Below, piece by piece: positions 48,059-58,118 of a DNA stretch of 64,000 nt. Origin of the DNA: Candidatus Poribacteria bacterium (GTDB taxonomy: Bacteria > Poribacteria > WGA-4E > WGA-3G); assembly GCA_965261435.1 (NCBI GenBank), contig CBDHDL010000021.1:4379950-4443949 (forward strand), read 5' to 3'. Under the pieces are notes generated by a model that saw only the letters and a program-made list of their open reading frames with translations, did not search any database and was not told the origin of the DNA. The translations under genes and the position numbers were made by a program. Positions within the stretch are counted from its first letter, which is position 1, and every line of letters begins with the position of its first letter.

Positions 48059-49180
48059 ATGAAAATCAAAAAACGGTTTGGAATTATCATCGTATTTATG
48101 TCGCTCATAACGACTGTGACAGTTTTCGCACACCAACATGCGGAAGATGCTTCAACTAAATATGACGAATTAAACAAACGTGTCATCACCAGTATTGACA
48201 AAGGATTAGAGTGGTTAAAAGGTGAACAGGGAGAAGATGGGTTATTTGCCGATCATCCTGGGATAACAGCACTTACTATCACTGCTTTTTTACGACACCC
48301 AGAAGGAAAATACAGTGAAGAAAAACATCCTTTTATTCAGAAAGCACTAAAACGATTAGTTGACATGCAACAGGAAAACGGTGCAATCTACGATATTAGT
48401 AAACAACCCGCTCTGCCAAACTACAACACCTCTATTTCAGTGTTGGCACTTTCTTCAACAAAAAATCCGAAATATGATGAAGTCATAAGAAAGGCACAAG
48501 GTTTCATTAAAAGCTTACAAGTACAAGATGAAGAGAGTGAATATTACGGTGGCATCGGTTACGGTAGTCGTGAATCAGTCCATGATCTGTCAAACCTAAA
48601 CCTTGCAATACAAGCCTTAAAGGAAAGTGGTTCAGATGACGATGAAGTCTGGAAAAAAGCAGTCAAGTTTTTAGAACGGACACAGAACCGTAGTGAAAGT
48701 AATGACCAGTCATGGGCTGGGAACGACGGCGGTTTTATCTATTCACCAGATGGTGAAAGCAAAGCAGGAGTTGACAAAGAAGGAAAACCCCGCTCTTATG
48801 CAAGTATGACTTATGCCGGTTTACTAAGTTTTATCTACGCGAATGTTGACAAGGATGATGACCGTGTCAAGGCTGCTGTTCAGTGGATTGGAAGACATTT
48901 CACAATTGAAGAAAACTACGGCATGGGGGCACAAGGTCTTTACTATAACTATCATACAATGGCTAAGGCATTAAGACTATACGGCAAAGATATCATCATG
49001 GATGCGAAAGGTGTATCCCACGATTGGTATCAAGAACTCGCGGAGAAATTAATCAACGTACAGAAACCTGAAGGCTTTTGGGCGAATGAGAATAGTCGCT
49101 GGATGGAAGCACTTCCTGTACTGGCAACCAGTTATGCCATTCTATCTCTTGATACAGCCTACTACAAAAAGAAGAAATAA
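48059..49180 (+). CDS. secreted hypothetical protein (possible prenyltransferase / squalene-oxidase-like repeat fold)
   Basis: Signal peptide. Low-confidence repeat-fold resemblance only. Confidence 0.3.
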   Translation: MKIKKRFGIIIVFMSLITTVTVFAHQHAEDASTKYDELNKRVITSIDKGLEWLKGEQGEDGLFADHPGITALTITAFLRHPEGKYSEEKHPFIQKALKRLVDMQQENGAIYDISKQPALPNYNTSISVLALSSTKNPKYDEVIRKAQGFIKSLQVQDEESEYYGGIGYGSRESVHDLSNLNLAIQALKESGSDDDEVWKKAVKFLERTQNRSESNDQSWAGNDGGFIYSPDGESKAGVDKEGKPRSYASMTYAGLLSFIYANVDKDDDRVKAAVQWIGRHFTIEENYGMGAQGLYYNYHTMAKALRLYGKDIIMDAKGVSHDWYQELAEKLINVQKPEGFWANENSRWMEALPVLATSYAILSLDTAYYKKKK

Positions 49181-49195
49181 TTAACAACTCCTTAG

Positions 49196-49228
49196 GAAAA
49201 GGCGGATCTTAGTATCCGCCTTTTTTAT
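49196..49228 (+). terminator. rho-independent terminator
   Basis: aaaaggcggat-cttagt-atccgcctttttt, 16 bp after the stop. Confidence 0.75.
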
Positions 49229-49328
49229 TTGCATAATCGATTCAACACAAAAGACGAAATAAACTAATTCTTCTCAATGACGTTTAACATGTGTTTTTTT
49301 GTGTTTTATAGAAAGTTGAGAAGGTTGT

Positions 49329-50630
49329 ATGAGTTTATTTGATGGATTCTCAATCGGTATAGCAGCAATTCGCGCAAATAAAATGCGATCACTGCTTACA
49401 ATACTCGGAATAATCATCGGAATAGCGGCTGTCCTTGCAATGATAGCCATAGGGGATGGAGCAAAAGAAATCGTATTACAAGATGCACAAAAACTCGGAG
49501 GTGCAAACCAATTTACAATTTATCGTCGGTCACACAAAAAACTCGGAAAACACAACATTCCAATCAGAACGAAAGAATATCTGAATTATGATGATGTACT
49601 CGCGATTGAGACAGAATGTCCAACGGTTCGAAATGTGACACCACGTATTAGAGATTGGAAAGGTGCTTTGATTTTAGGCCCCAATGGAGGACAAACACGG
49701 GCAGGGTATAATGGTGTAGATACTGCATTTCATACTGCCTTGGACTGGAAAGTAAAAGTAGGTCGATTTATCACTGACGAAGATGTCATTAATGCAATGA
49801 CAGTTTGTGTACTCGGCTCAGAAGTTGCATCGGATCTCTTTGGAACAAAATCCCCGTTGGGTGAAGAGATAAAAATAGTCAGAAATGTTAGATACTATAA
49901 TCAACACGGTAAGAGACGCACAAGAAGAATTACTGAGAGATTTACAGTTGTCGGAACAATGATTTCGCGCGGAAGAAGTCTAAGGTTCGGATGGAGCTTT
50001 GACAGCATGGTCTTTTTCCCAATTACAACGACACAAGAACGATTTACAGGAGATGATAAGATTCAGGAGATTGTCGTCTATGCAAACTCTGTGGAAAACG
50101 TACCTAACGCTGTTAGAGAAGTAAAGGAAGTAATCCGAAATCGACACAAAGGTGAGGACAACTTTGTCAAAATATATGAGATGCGTAAAGGTATAAGACA
50201 ATTAGAGAAAATAAGCAAAATGATTAAAATCGCACTCGGGAGTATTGCGGGTTTTTCGTTGCTTGTTGGCGGTATTGGAATAATGAACATGATGCTTGTT
50301 GCTGTAACAGAACGCACACGTGAAATCGGTCTTAGAAAAGCACTCGGTGCAAAACCTCTTGACATAATTTACCAATTCCTTTCTGAGTCTGTGACGATGT
50401 GTGTCATAGGCGGCATTATCGGTATCTGTTTAGGTACAATTGTTGCTGAAGGAATGTCAGTTATCGCTGTCAGAATAGCAAAATTAGTACCAGAATGGCC
50501 CTCAGTCGTTTCTCCACAATGGATTTTCATGTCTGTCTTATTCTCTGCTGTGGTCGGAATATCCTTCGGTTTGTATCCTGCCATCAAAGCGTCAATGTTA
50601 CCTCCGATTGAAGCACTGAGAAAAGAATAA
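49329..50630 (+). CDS. MacB/FtsX-family ABC transporter permease (MacB_PCD + FtsX domains), paralog 1
   Basis: 'AIRANKMRSLLTILGIIIGIAAVLAMIAIGDGAKEIV' is the N-terminal TM1. 'TERTREIGLRKALGAK' is the conserved cytoplasmic motif. Four TM helices. Confidence 0.8.
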   Translation: MSLFDGFSIGIAAIRANKMRSLLTILGIIIGIAAVLAMIAIGDGAKEIVLQDAQKLGGANQFTIYRRSHKKLGKHNIPIRTKEYLNYDDVLAIETECPTVRNVTPRIRDWKGALILGPNGGQTRAGYNGVDTAFHTALDWKVKVGRFITDEDVINAMTVCVLGSEVASDLFGTKSPLGEEIKIVRNVRYYNQHGKRRTRRITERFTVVGTMISRGRSLRFGWSFDSMVFFPITTTQERFTGDDKIQEIVVYANSVENVPNAVREVKEVIRNRHKGEDNFVKIYEMRKGIRQLEKISKMIKIALGSIAGFSLLVGGIGIMNMMLVAVTERTREIGLRKALGAKPLDIIYQFLSESVTMCVIGGIIGICLGTIVAEGMSVIAVRIAKLVPEWPSVVSPQWIFMSVLFSAVVGISFGLYPAIKASMLPPIEALRKE

Positions 50631-50842
50631 AACACTTATCAAAATTACACACCTACCGAATATATTCGTATATTTACCATAAAACCATAAACCATCTCAA
50701 TTTTACACGTCTAAAATTTAATACAAACAAAGTTGTAATTCTAAACTGATAGTAACGACTTGTGCTAAATAACTTATTGTACAATTTTTTTCACATAAGT
50801 CCAATATTCAGTGAGTTTTCCTTATGACAGATAGGTTCTTTA

Positions 50843-50872
50843 GTCCCGTAGGGACGATATGTTTATAGAAAA
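50843..50872 (+). repeat. short repeat element GTAGGGACGATATGTTTATAGAAA (copy 2)
   Basis: 'agtcccgtagggacgatatgtttatagaaaaa'. Confidence 0.7.
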
Positions 50873-50929
50873 ACATTGAATACCCTCTCTTCAGTCCCGA
50901 CAAATGCCAAACGCGCATTTGGCGTTGAT

Positions 50930-50955
50930 TTGGTAGGGACGATATGTTTATAACA
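50930..50955 (+). repeat. short repeat element (copy 3, truncated)
   Basis: 'tggtagggacgatatgtttataacatt'. A palindrome gccaaacgcgcatttggcg lies between copies 2 and 3. Confidence 0.65.
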
Positions 50956-51105
50956 TTAAGTCCACGTGTGTGAAAAGGATACAAACAAATTGTTAACTAA
51001 CACAACTCATGATAATAGTATAATTAGCAGAAATTTCACTTTGAATAATTTATACAGTTGGCAATTCTTATCTGTCAAATTACGCCAATACCTTGGTACA
51101 ATTAA

Positions 51106-52408
51106 ATGAGAGTATTTGAAGCATTAGTTGTTGGTCTTACTGCAATTCGTTCAAATAAGATGCGATCATTGCTAACAATGCTTGGTATTATCATCGGTGT
51201 TGCTTCCGTTCTGGCAATGATTTCCATTGGTGATGGTGCTAAGGAAATCGTCATGCGCGATGCACAAAAACTCGGTGGTGCAAACCAATTCACAATCTAT
51301 CGGACATGGCATAAACAGGTCGGAACTCGGTGGGTGAGAATTCGTAGCAATGAATACATGAAGTACGGTGATGTATTGGCAATAGCAAGCTGAATGTCCC
51401 TCTGTAAAGGCAGTGGCTCCAAGAATACCTGAATGGAGAGGGACTTTAATTGAAGCATCAAGAGGAAGACAAATGCGCGCCGGATATAATGGTGTAGATG
51501 CAACATATCATACAGCAATGGATTGGAAGGTACAAGAAGGCAGATTTATCACAGACGAAGAAGTTGAAAATGCTTCAAGTGTTTGTGTACTCGGTGATGA
51601 GGTCGCTACTGCACTATTTGGTGAAGAATCCCCTATTGGACAAGAAATAAAAATTGCACGAGGAGATGGACGTTATGACAGATGGGGGAGAAGAGACAAC
51701 AAGAGACACACAGAACGTTTTACTGTCGTAGGTACTATGACACGCAGAGGTAGAAGTCTAAGATTCGGATGGAGCTACGATTTCCTCGTCTTTATGCCAT
51801 TAACAACTACACAAGAACGATTCACTGGTGACGACAGAATTCAAGATATTGTCGTCTATGCAAATACTGTTGAAGATGTGCCAAAAGCAATCGAAGAAGT
51901 CAAAGCAGTCATCCGTAAACGTCATAGAAATCAAGACGACTTCATCAGGGTTTTTGATATGCGGCAAGGTATGGCACAATTAGAGAAAATCAGCAAAGTC
52001 ATAAAGATCGCACTGGGTAGCATTGCAGGTTTCTCGCTACTTGTAGGAGGAATCGGGATAATGAATATGATGCTTGTCGCTGTAACAGAACGCACACGTG
52101 AGATAGGACTACGTAAAGCATTAGGTGCTACACGGTTAGATATTCTGACCCAATTCTTAATGGAAGCTGTATTCATGTGTGGTTTAGGTGGGTTAATAGG
52201 TGTATTTGTCGGTATATTTGCAGGCCAAGGCATGGCAATACTTGCAGTGAAGATCGCCAAGATTGTCCCTGAATGGCCCTCCGTTGTTTCCACAGAATGG
52301 GTATTAATATCTATCGCATTCTCCGCAGTAATAGGAATCTCATTCGGTCTGTATCCAGCAATAAAAGCCTCAGTACTTTCCCCCATAGAAGCATTGCGGA
52401 CAGAGTAA
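51106..52408 (+). pseudogene. MacB/FtsX-family permease paralog 2, interrupted by a +1 frameshift near 51390-51412
   Basis: ORFs 51106-51393 and 51413-52408 together align colinearly with paralogs 1 and 3. There is one extra nucleotide in 'gcaatagcaagctgaatgtcc' relative to paralog 3's 'gcaattgaagcagaatgtcc'. Confidence 0.65.
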
Positions 52409-52552
52409 TAAACCTGAATCAGAATTCAACGTCAAAAATCAATAAAATCCATAAGAAAGAAGTTAATAACATTTCCCGAACCTTTTTGACAAATTTCTGT
52501 CTTAATTTCATGTATAAAAGTATCTTCTTTTTGTCGAAATTGGAGACATGAA

Positions 52553-53854
52553 ATGCGCTTTTTTGAAGGATTTTCAGTCGGATTATCTGCAATCCGAAGC
52601 AACAAACTCCGATCATTGTTGACAATGCTTGGAATCATCATTGGAGTCGCTTCTGTCCTTGCTATGATATCAATCGGAGATGGGGCAAAAGAAATCGTAC
52701 TACAAGATGCACAAAAATTAGGTGGAGTCAACCAATTTACTATGTTTCGGAGCAGCTATAGACGTGTCGGAAGTCGATGGATGCCGAACAGAAGCAACGA
52801 ACACTTTGAGCTTGATGATGTGTTAGCAATTGAAGCAGAATGTCCTTCTGTGAAGGTCGCTGTGCCAAGAATACCAGAATGGCGTGGCGTCCTTATTCAG
52901 ACGAATGACGGTTCTGAAATTCGCAGCGGTTACAACGGAGTCAATCATTCATTCTCCGATGCTATGGATTGGGACATTCAAGAAGGAAGATTCATATCAG
53001 AAGAAGATATTGAAAATAAGGAAAAAGTCTGTGTTATTGGAACTGAAGTTGCATTAAACCTCTTCGGAACCAAATCACCTTTAGATAAAGAAATAAAAAT
53101 TGGTAGAGGTGGCGACCGATATGACAGGTGGGGAAGAAGAGATAAGGCTCGGATTGCTGAACGATTCACTGTGATAGGGGTCATGAATCCACGGGGTAGA
53201 AGTCTACGATTCGGATGGAACCTTGACGATATGGTATTTATGCCTCTTACAACAGCACAGGAACGTTTTACTGGTAACGACTATATTTCAATGCTTTCGG
53301 TTCATGCAAATACCGTTGAGGAAGTGCCGAAAGCAATAGAAGAAGTAAAGGAAGTAATAAGAAAACGACACAACAATCAGGATGATTTCTTTGATGTCAG
53401 AGATATGCGTGAGGGTATGGCACAATTAGAAAAAATTAGTAAAGTCATTAAAATTGCCTTGGGGAGTATAGCAGGTTTCTCGCTACTTGTCGGTGGGATC
53501 GGTATCATGAATATGATGTTGGTAGCAGTAACTGAACGGACACGTGAGATAGGACTGCGAAAAGCTCTCGGAGCAAAACGACTTGATATATTGATACAGT
53601 TCTTGATTGAATCTATCGCAATGTGCCTTATCGGCGGTGCAATTGGAGTAGGCGTAGGAATGCTCGCCGGTGAAGGTATGGCAGTGCTTGCAGTCAACAT
53701 CGTAAAAATGGTTCCTGAATGGCCCTCTGTCATTTCCATGCAGTGGATTATTATTTCAGTGTCTTTTTCCGCTTTAATAGGGATTTCTTTTGGCCTATAT
53801 CCAGCTCTGAAAGCATCAGCACTATCACCAATTGAAGCGCTAAGAACAGAATAA
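52553..53854 (+). CDS. MacB/FtsX-family ABC transporter permease, paralog 3
   Basis: Same architecture and motifs as paralog 1. Confidence 0.8.
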   Translation: MRFFEGFSVGLSAIRSNKLRSLLTMLGIIIGVASVLAMISIGDGAKEIVLQDAQKLGGVNQFTMFRSSYRRVGSRWMPNRSNEHFELDDVLAIEAECPSVKVAVPRIPEWRGVLIQTNDGSEIRSGYNGVNHSFSDAMDWDIQEGRFISEEDIENKEKVCVIGTEVALNLFGTKSPLDKEIKIGRGGDRYDRWGRRDKARIAERFTVIGVMNPRGRSLRFGWNLDDMVFMPLTTAQERFTGNDYISMLSVHANTVEEVPKAIEEVKEVIRKRHNNQDDFFDVRDMREGMAQLEKISKVIKIALGSIAGFSLLVGGIGIMNMMLVAVTERTREIGLRKALGAKRLDILIQFLIESIAMCLIGGAIGVGVGMLAGEGMAVLAVNIVKMVPEWPSVISMQWIIISVSFSALIGISFGLYPALKASALSPIEALRTE

Positions 53855-53866
53855 TTGGAGAGGTAT

Positions 53867-55183
53867 ATGAACCTTTTTGAATGTATTATTTTAGGAGTTA
53901 CAAGTCTCAGACGCAACCCACTTCGGTCAAGTTTGACAATATTGGGAATAATTGTCGGTGTTGGTTCTGTAGTAAGTATGGTATCTGTAGGGGATGGTTC
54001 AGCCGCAATGGTGTTGCGTGAAATTGAACGTACAGGTGGAACAAAAATCGTCGAAATCTACAAAGATGATTGGGATAGACAATCTGGCACATTAAGCCGT
54101 GCGGCGGGTCAAGCTGTTCGTGGAAAAAGCCGATGGCGGAGAAACCGTGCTGAACATCTGGAAACTGACGATGCATTTGAAATCTGGAGAAACGCCAGCG
54201 GCGTGGTTAATGTTGTCGCAGAAGATGATATGCCAGGTTGGAGCGTCAGCTATAAAGGACGTAGAAAAGAATCGCGTATTGTTGCATCAACGGCTGGATA
54301 CGATAGATCCTATAATTGGTATACCGCATACGGGAGATTCTTCAATGCAGATGAGGTCGAATCAGCAAGTAGTGTAGCGGTAATCGGTTCAAAAATCGCT
54401 GAAGAAGTTTTTATTAATGAGGATCCGGTAGGAAAAGAAATCAAAGCCTCAAGACCCTCTTACTGGCGGGGAAGGAGCGGGTTGTATGAAGTACGTCTAA
54501 AAGTTATCGGAGTTATGGAAGAAAAAGGAGACGCAATGGATACAACCGGATGGGATGATAGGTTCATAATTCCAATCACAACCCTACAAGACCGATTTAA
54601 AGGACGACAGGATGTTGAAAGAATTCGAGTAGAAGCAATAGATGTAGATACTATTCCACGAGTCATAGAAGATGCAAAACATATTTTAGGGAGAATACAT
54701 AAGAATTCTGGTGAGGAATATAACTATTGGACAGCAACTGAAGAATTAGCGACAGCAAATAAAGTCGGGTTAGTTATGAAAGCGCTCATGGGAGGTATCG
54801 CAGGTATTGCCTTAATGGTTGCTGGAATCGGAGTAATGAATATCATGCTTGTATCCGTAACAGATCGCACACAGGAAATCGGACTACGTAAAGCATTAGG
54901 GGCAACTTTCAACGATATCATTACACAATTCCTTATTGAGGCATCCGTCTTAACCTTGGCAGGTGGCATTCTTGGGTCTTTCTTAGGAATCTTTATGGGT
55001 AAAGGCACTGCAGCTCTCATTTCAAAATTTGTATGGGAAGGGAGTAACTGGCCCTCTGTTGTTTCATTTGAAACTATGTTCATAGCTTTGCTTGTCTCAG
55101 TTGCAATCGGTGTGTTCTTCGGTCTTTATCCTGCACATAAAGCTGCAAAACTTACACCTGTAGAAGCATTGCGATCCGATTAA
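53867..55183 (+). CDS. MacB/FtsX-family ABC transporter permease, divergent paralog 4
   Basis: ATG at 53867 preceded by the ggagag RBS. 'TDRTQEIGLRKALGAT' motif. FtsX C-terminal domain. Confidence 0.75.
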   Translation: MNLFECIILGVTSLRRNPLRSSLTILGIIVGVGSVVSMVSVGDGSAAMVLREIERTGGTKIVEIYKDDWDRQSGTLSRAAGQAVRGKSRWRRNRAEHLETDDAFEIWRNASGVVNVVAEDDMPGWSVSYKGRRKESRIVASTAGYDRSYNWYTAYGRFFNADEVESASSVAVIGSKIAEEVFINEDPVGKEIKASRPSYWRGRSGLYEVRLKVIGVMEEKGDAMDTTGWDDRFIIPITTLQDRFKGRQDVERIRVEAIDVDTIPRVIEDAKHILGRIHKNSGEEYNYWTATEELATANKVGLVMKALMGGIAGIALMVAGIGVMNIMLVSVTDRTQEIGLRKALGATFNDIITQFLIEASVLTLAGGILGSFLGIFMGKGTAALISKFVWEGSNWPSVVSFETMFIALLVSVAIGVFFGLYPAHKAAKLTPVEALRSD

Positions 55184-55287
55184 ATCCTGTTTTTGTAAAA
55201 AATGTAGAAAGTCATAAAACACAATGAAATGAGAAAATGAATAGGTGTCAAAACTCATACCATTTCATCTTTTAGGAGGAAAAGACT

Positions 55288-57174
55288 TTGAGAAAATTAA
55301 TTATTACTGTTGCTATCATCGTTGTACTTGTGGGGGCGGTCGGTTGGGTTGTTCTGAGTCGTGGCAAAAACGGCGCAGATACGCAAGTCACCCAAAAAAT
55401 TGAGGTGGCAAAACTTGGTGATTTTCGAAACACCATACGCGCTACCGGAAATTTAGAACCACTCCTTGATGTGGAAGTTAAATCAAATGTTGACGGGGAA
55501 GTAGTTGAGCTGCTTGTAAAAGATGGAGACTTTGTAGAAAAAGACCAAATCTTAGTTAAATTAGACCCTGAAATATATCAAGAAGAACAGAAACAAGCAA
55601 AGGCAGATGTAAACGCTGCAGCAGCACAACTCAAGCAAGCAGAATTAAATATAGAACTCAAGAAAGATCGCTTAAACAGTGATCTCACTCAGAAAGAAGC
55701 TGCTGTTAAAATCGCAAGAGCAAATTTGGAAACAGTGAAAGCTACAACCCTAACTCAAGTTAGTAGTGCTGAAACTAATCTACAAGCAACAAGAAATGAG
55801 TTGGAGCAAGATAAGATCGCAGTAGAACAAGCAAATATTTCACTTGAACAAGCTAACCTTACTCTCACAGAATATGAGACCTCATTAGCATCCGCAAAGG
55901 TTTCTTTAGACACAGCAAAGTCAGAATATGATAGAAACAAATCTTTATTTGATGAAGAATTAGTATCCAAAAAATCTTTGGAAGATGCAGAATCTCGCCA
56001 CGCGAGTGCAGACTCAGCATACAAGAATGCTAATAAACGTGTAGAATCACAAAAGAAAACAATAGTTTCGCAAGAACGAACTATTCTTGCAAGAAAAACG
56101 GGTATAAAAACACGTGAATCACAACTGGAATACCAGAAACTGAGTTTAGAAAATTTGAAGAAAATGCGGAAGAAATCTGAAGAAGAGAGTCAGATTCGTC
56201 TGGATAACGCAGTAACACAATTGCAGGAACTCAATCTCACCATCGACAATGAAAAACTACATACTGAACAATCAAGAGTTAGTGCTGACGCAAATTTACT
56301 TCGCAGACAAAGTAGTTTGAAGAATCAAGAAGAACGTCTTGAATGGACAGTAATAAAAGCTCCTATGACCGGAACAGTTACGCAACTGGTTATTGAAGAA
56401 GGAGAAATTGTCACTTCTGGACGCTCAGCATTTTCACAAAGTCCACCCATAATGACAATTGCAGACCTATCAAGAATGGTTGTAAAAACCTTCATAAATG
56501 AAGTTGATATGGAAAGGCTTGAAGAAGGACAGACAGCAGATATCAAAGTTGATGCGTTTCAGACGCACAAATTCAAGGGTAAAGTATATGAGATCTCACC
56601 CAGTGGACGACAACAAGACAACATCATCTCCTTTGAAGTGATGATCGAAGTTGATGACACTTCTGGAGATATTCGACCAGGAATGAGTGCTGATGTTGAC
56701 ATCATTACTTATGAAGAAAAGAACGTCTTGCTTGTACCGATAGATGCCGTTATATCAAAGAATTCTGCCACCGTTGTAGCACAGGTCGGTAACACTTCTC
56801 CCTTCAAAGTTGACAAAAGGGTTGAAATGCAAACAATCAGCGAAAAAATATTCTACGGCACAATAAAAAGTATCGCAAATGGAAGTGTTACTATTGACTT
56901 AGATGCTAAGCAACGCGGAATAATGCCAGGACCAGCAACTGTTTCTCTCTTAATAAATGGCGATAAGAAAGCTGATGGTGTCGAAGCACAAATTAGTATC
57001 TCAAAGGGTAAGTTCGTCATGTTAGACAAAGGTGATGGTAGTAAAGGTATTGAAACGCCTATTGAGACAGGTATGCAAAACGAAACCGAAGTGATTGTCA
57101 AGAGCGGGATTACTGATGGTGACAGAGTTATACTTCAACGCAGACAAAGATCACAAGGCGGCTGGGGTAAATAA
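55288..57174 (+). CDS. efflux periplasmic adaptor (HlyD/MacA-like membrane fusion protein) with a long coiled-coil hairpin
   Basis: N-terminal TM anchor. Biotinyl/lipoyl-like 'ILVKLDP'. ~250 aa of coiled coil. C-terminal beta-barrel/MP domain. Confidence 0.8.
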   Translation: MRKLIITVAIIVVLVGAVGWVVLSRGKNGADTQVTQKIEVAKLGDFRNTIRATGNLEPLLDVEVKSNVDGEVVELLVKDGDFVEKDQILVKLDPEIYQEEQKQAKADVNAAAAQLKQAELNIELKKDRLNSDLTQKEAAVKIARANLETVKATTLTQVSSAETNLQATRNELEQDKIAVEQANISLEQANLTLTEYETSLASAKVSLDTAKSEYDRNKSLFDEELVSKKSLEDAESRHASADSAYKNANKRVESQKKTIVSQERTILARKTGIKTRESQLEYQKLSLENLKKMRKKSEEESQIRLDNAVTQLQELNLTIDNEKLHTEQSRVSADANLLRRQSSLKNQEERLEWTVIKAPMTGTVTQLVIEEGEIVTSGRSAFSQSPPIMTIADLSRMVVKTFINEVDMERLEEGQTADIKVDAFQTHKFKGKVYEISPSGRQQDNIISFEVMIEVDDTSGDIRPGMSADVDIITYEEKNVLLVPIDAVISKNSATVVAQVGNTSPFKVDKRVEMQTISEKIFYGTIKSIANGSVTIDLDAKQRGIMPGPATVSLLINGDKKADGVEAQISISKGKFVMLDKGDGSKGIETPIETGMQNETEVIVKSGITDGDRVILQRRQRSQGGWGK

Positions 57175-57284
57175 GCAGAATACTTATTTCCATGCATCAA
57201 TACGATACTGTGCACAACACCGAAACCGTTTGGGATTTCGGTGTTGATTACTTTAATCACACTCTTAGTTGACAATAGATGTAT

Positions 57285-58079
57285 TTACAACGCAATCACC
57301 TGTCCATCATAAGCAAGGTATGCATTATCTGGAAGTTCAATGTCCTGTTCAGCGCACTGATCCTTAAAATACCTATGATCAAGACGATGCATAATGTGAG
57401 TAAAATAAGTCTCTTTCGGTTTTAGTCTATGACTGATCTCTAATGCTTGTCCTACTGATTGATGCGTTGGATGTCCTGGATTAAAGCTCAATGCATCAAT
57501 CACCAACACGTCTATGCCTTCAAGAAAACTATAAGATGATTCTGGCAAGAATTTAACATCGGGTATATACCCAAAGTTGTCAATCCTATACCCGAATGTG
57601 TCGATAGTACTATGCTCAACAGTGATAGGGGTTATATCAAAACCGTGTAATTGAAACCTACCCTCAACAACATTTGGTAGAAGGTGGCCAACACCACCCC
57701 CTTGAAATGTCTCTTTTGTAAACATATAATCGTAATTGCGCTGTAGGATTTTGAGCGTCTGTTCAGGACCATAAATTGGCATATCAACTCCCTGCTTTCT
57801 GCAAGGCATGACAATATCGTTTGTACCGCTTATATGGTCAGAATGACAGTGTGTATAGATGACAGCATCAATCCATTCAATACTGTTCTTATTTATCTGA
57901 TCCATGAAGTTTGGACCAAGGTCGAATTGTAGATGTTTTCCGTCCTTTTCAATATGAATTGATGAACGAGTTCGGTAGTTTTTTGATCCGACTTGCATTG
58001 CATCTTGACAAGTCTCACATTGACATTTATACTCAGGTACACCCGTTGAAGTTCCTGAACCTAATATCGTAATCTTCAT
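57285..58079 (-). CDS. MBL-fold metallo-hydrolase (PhnP/PqqB-like)
   Basis: 'ILGSGTSTGVP', the 'HCHSDH' HxHxDH motif, and the overall beta-lactamase fold pattern. Confidence 0.7.
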   Translation of the reverse strand: MKITILGSGTSTGVPEYKCQCETCQDAMQVGSKNYRTRSSIHIEKDGKHLQFDLGPNFMDQINKNSIEWIDAVIYTHCHSDHISGTNDIVMPCRKQGVDMPIYGPEQTLKILQRNYDYMFTKETFQGGGVGHLLPNVVEGRFQLHGFDITPITVEHSTIDTFGYRIDNFGYIPDVKFLPESSYSFLEGIDVLVIDALSFNPGHPTHQSVGQALEISHRLKPKETYFTHIMHRLDHRYFKDQCAEQDIELPDNAYLAYDGQVIAL

Positions 58080-58118
58080 CCACTATGATTCCTTTCAATA
58101 ATTAGGATCAACTTTACA

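Noticed and set aside
49329-55183. The permease array as a mobile element or transposon
   Set aside because: No transposase, terminal inverted repeats or target-site duplications are present. Tandem gene duplication explains it more simply.
57217-57250. The hairpin caacaccgaaa...tttcggtgttg after the membrane-fusion gene as a canonical terminator
   Set aside because: The stem is good but it is not followed by a U-tract. It may still act bidirectionally between the convergent genes, but confidence was too low to list it as a feature.
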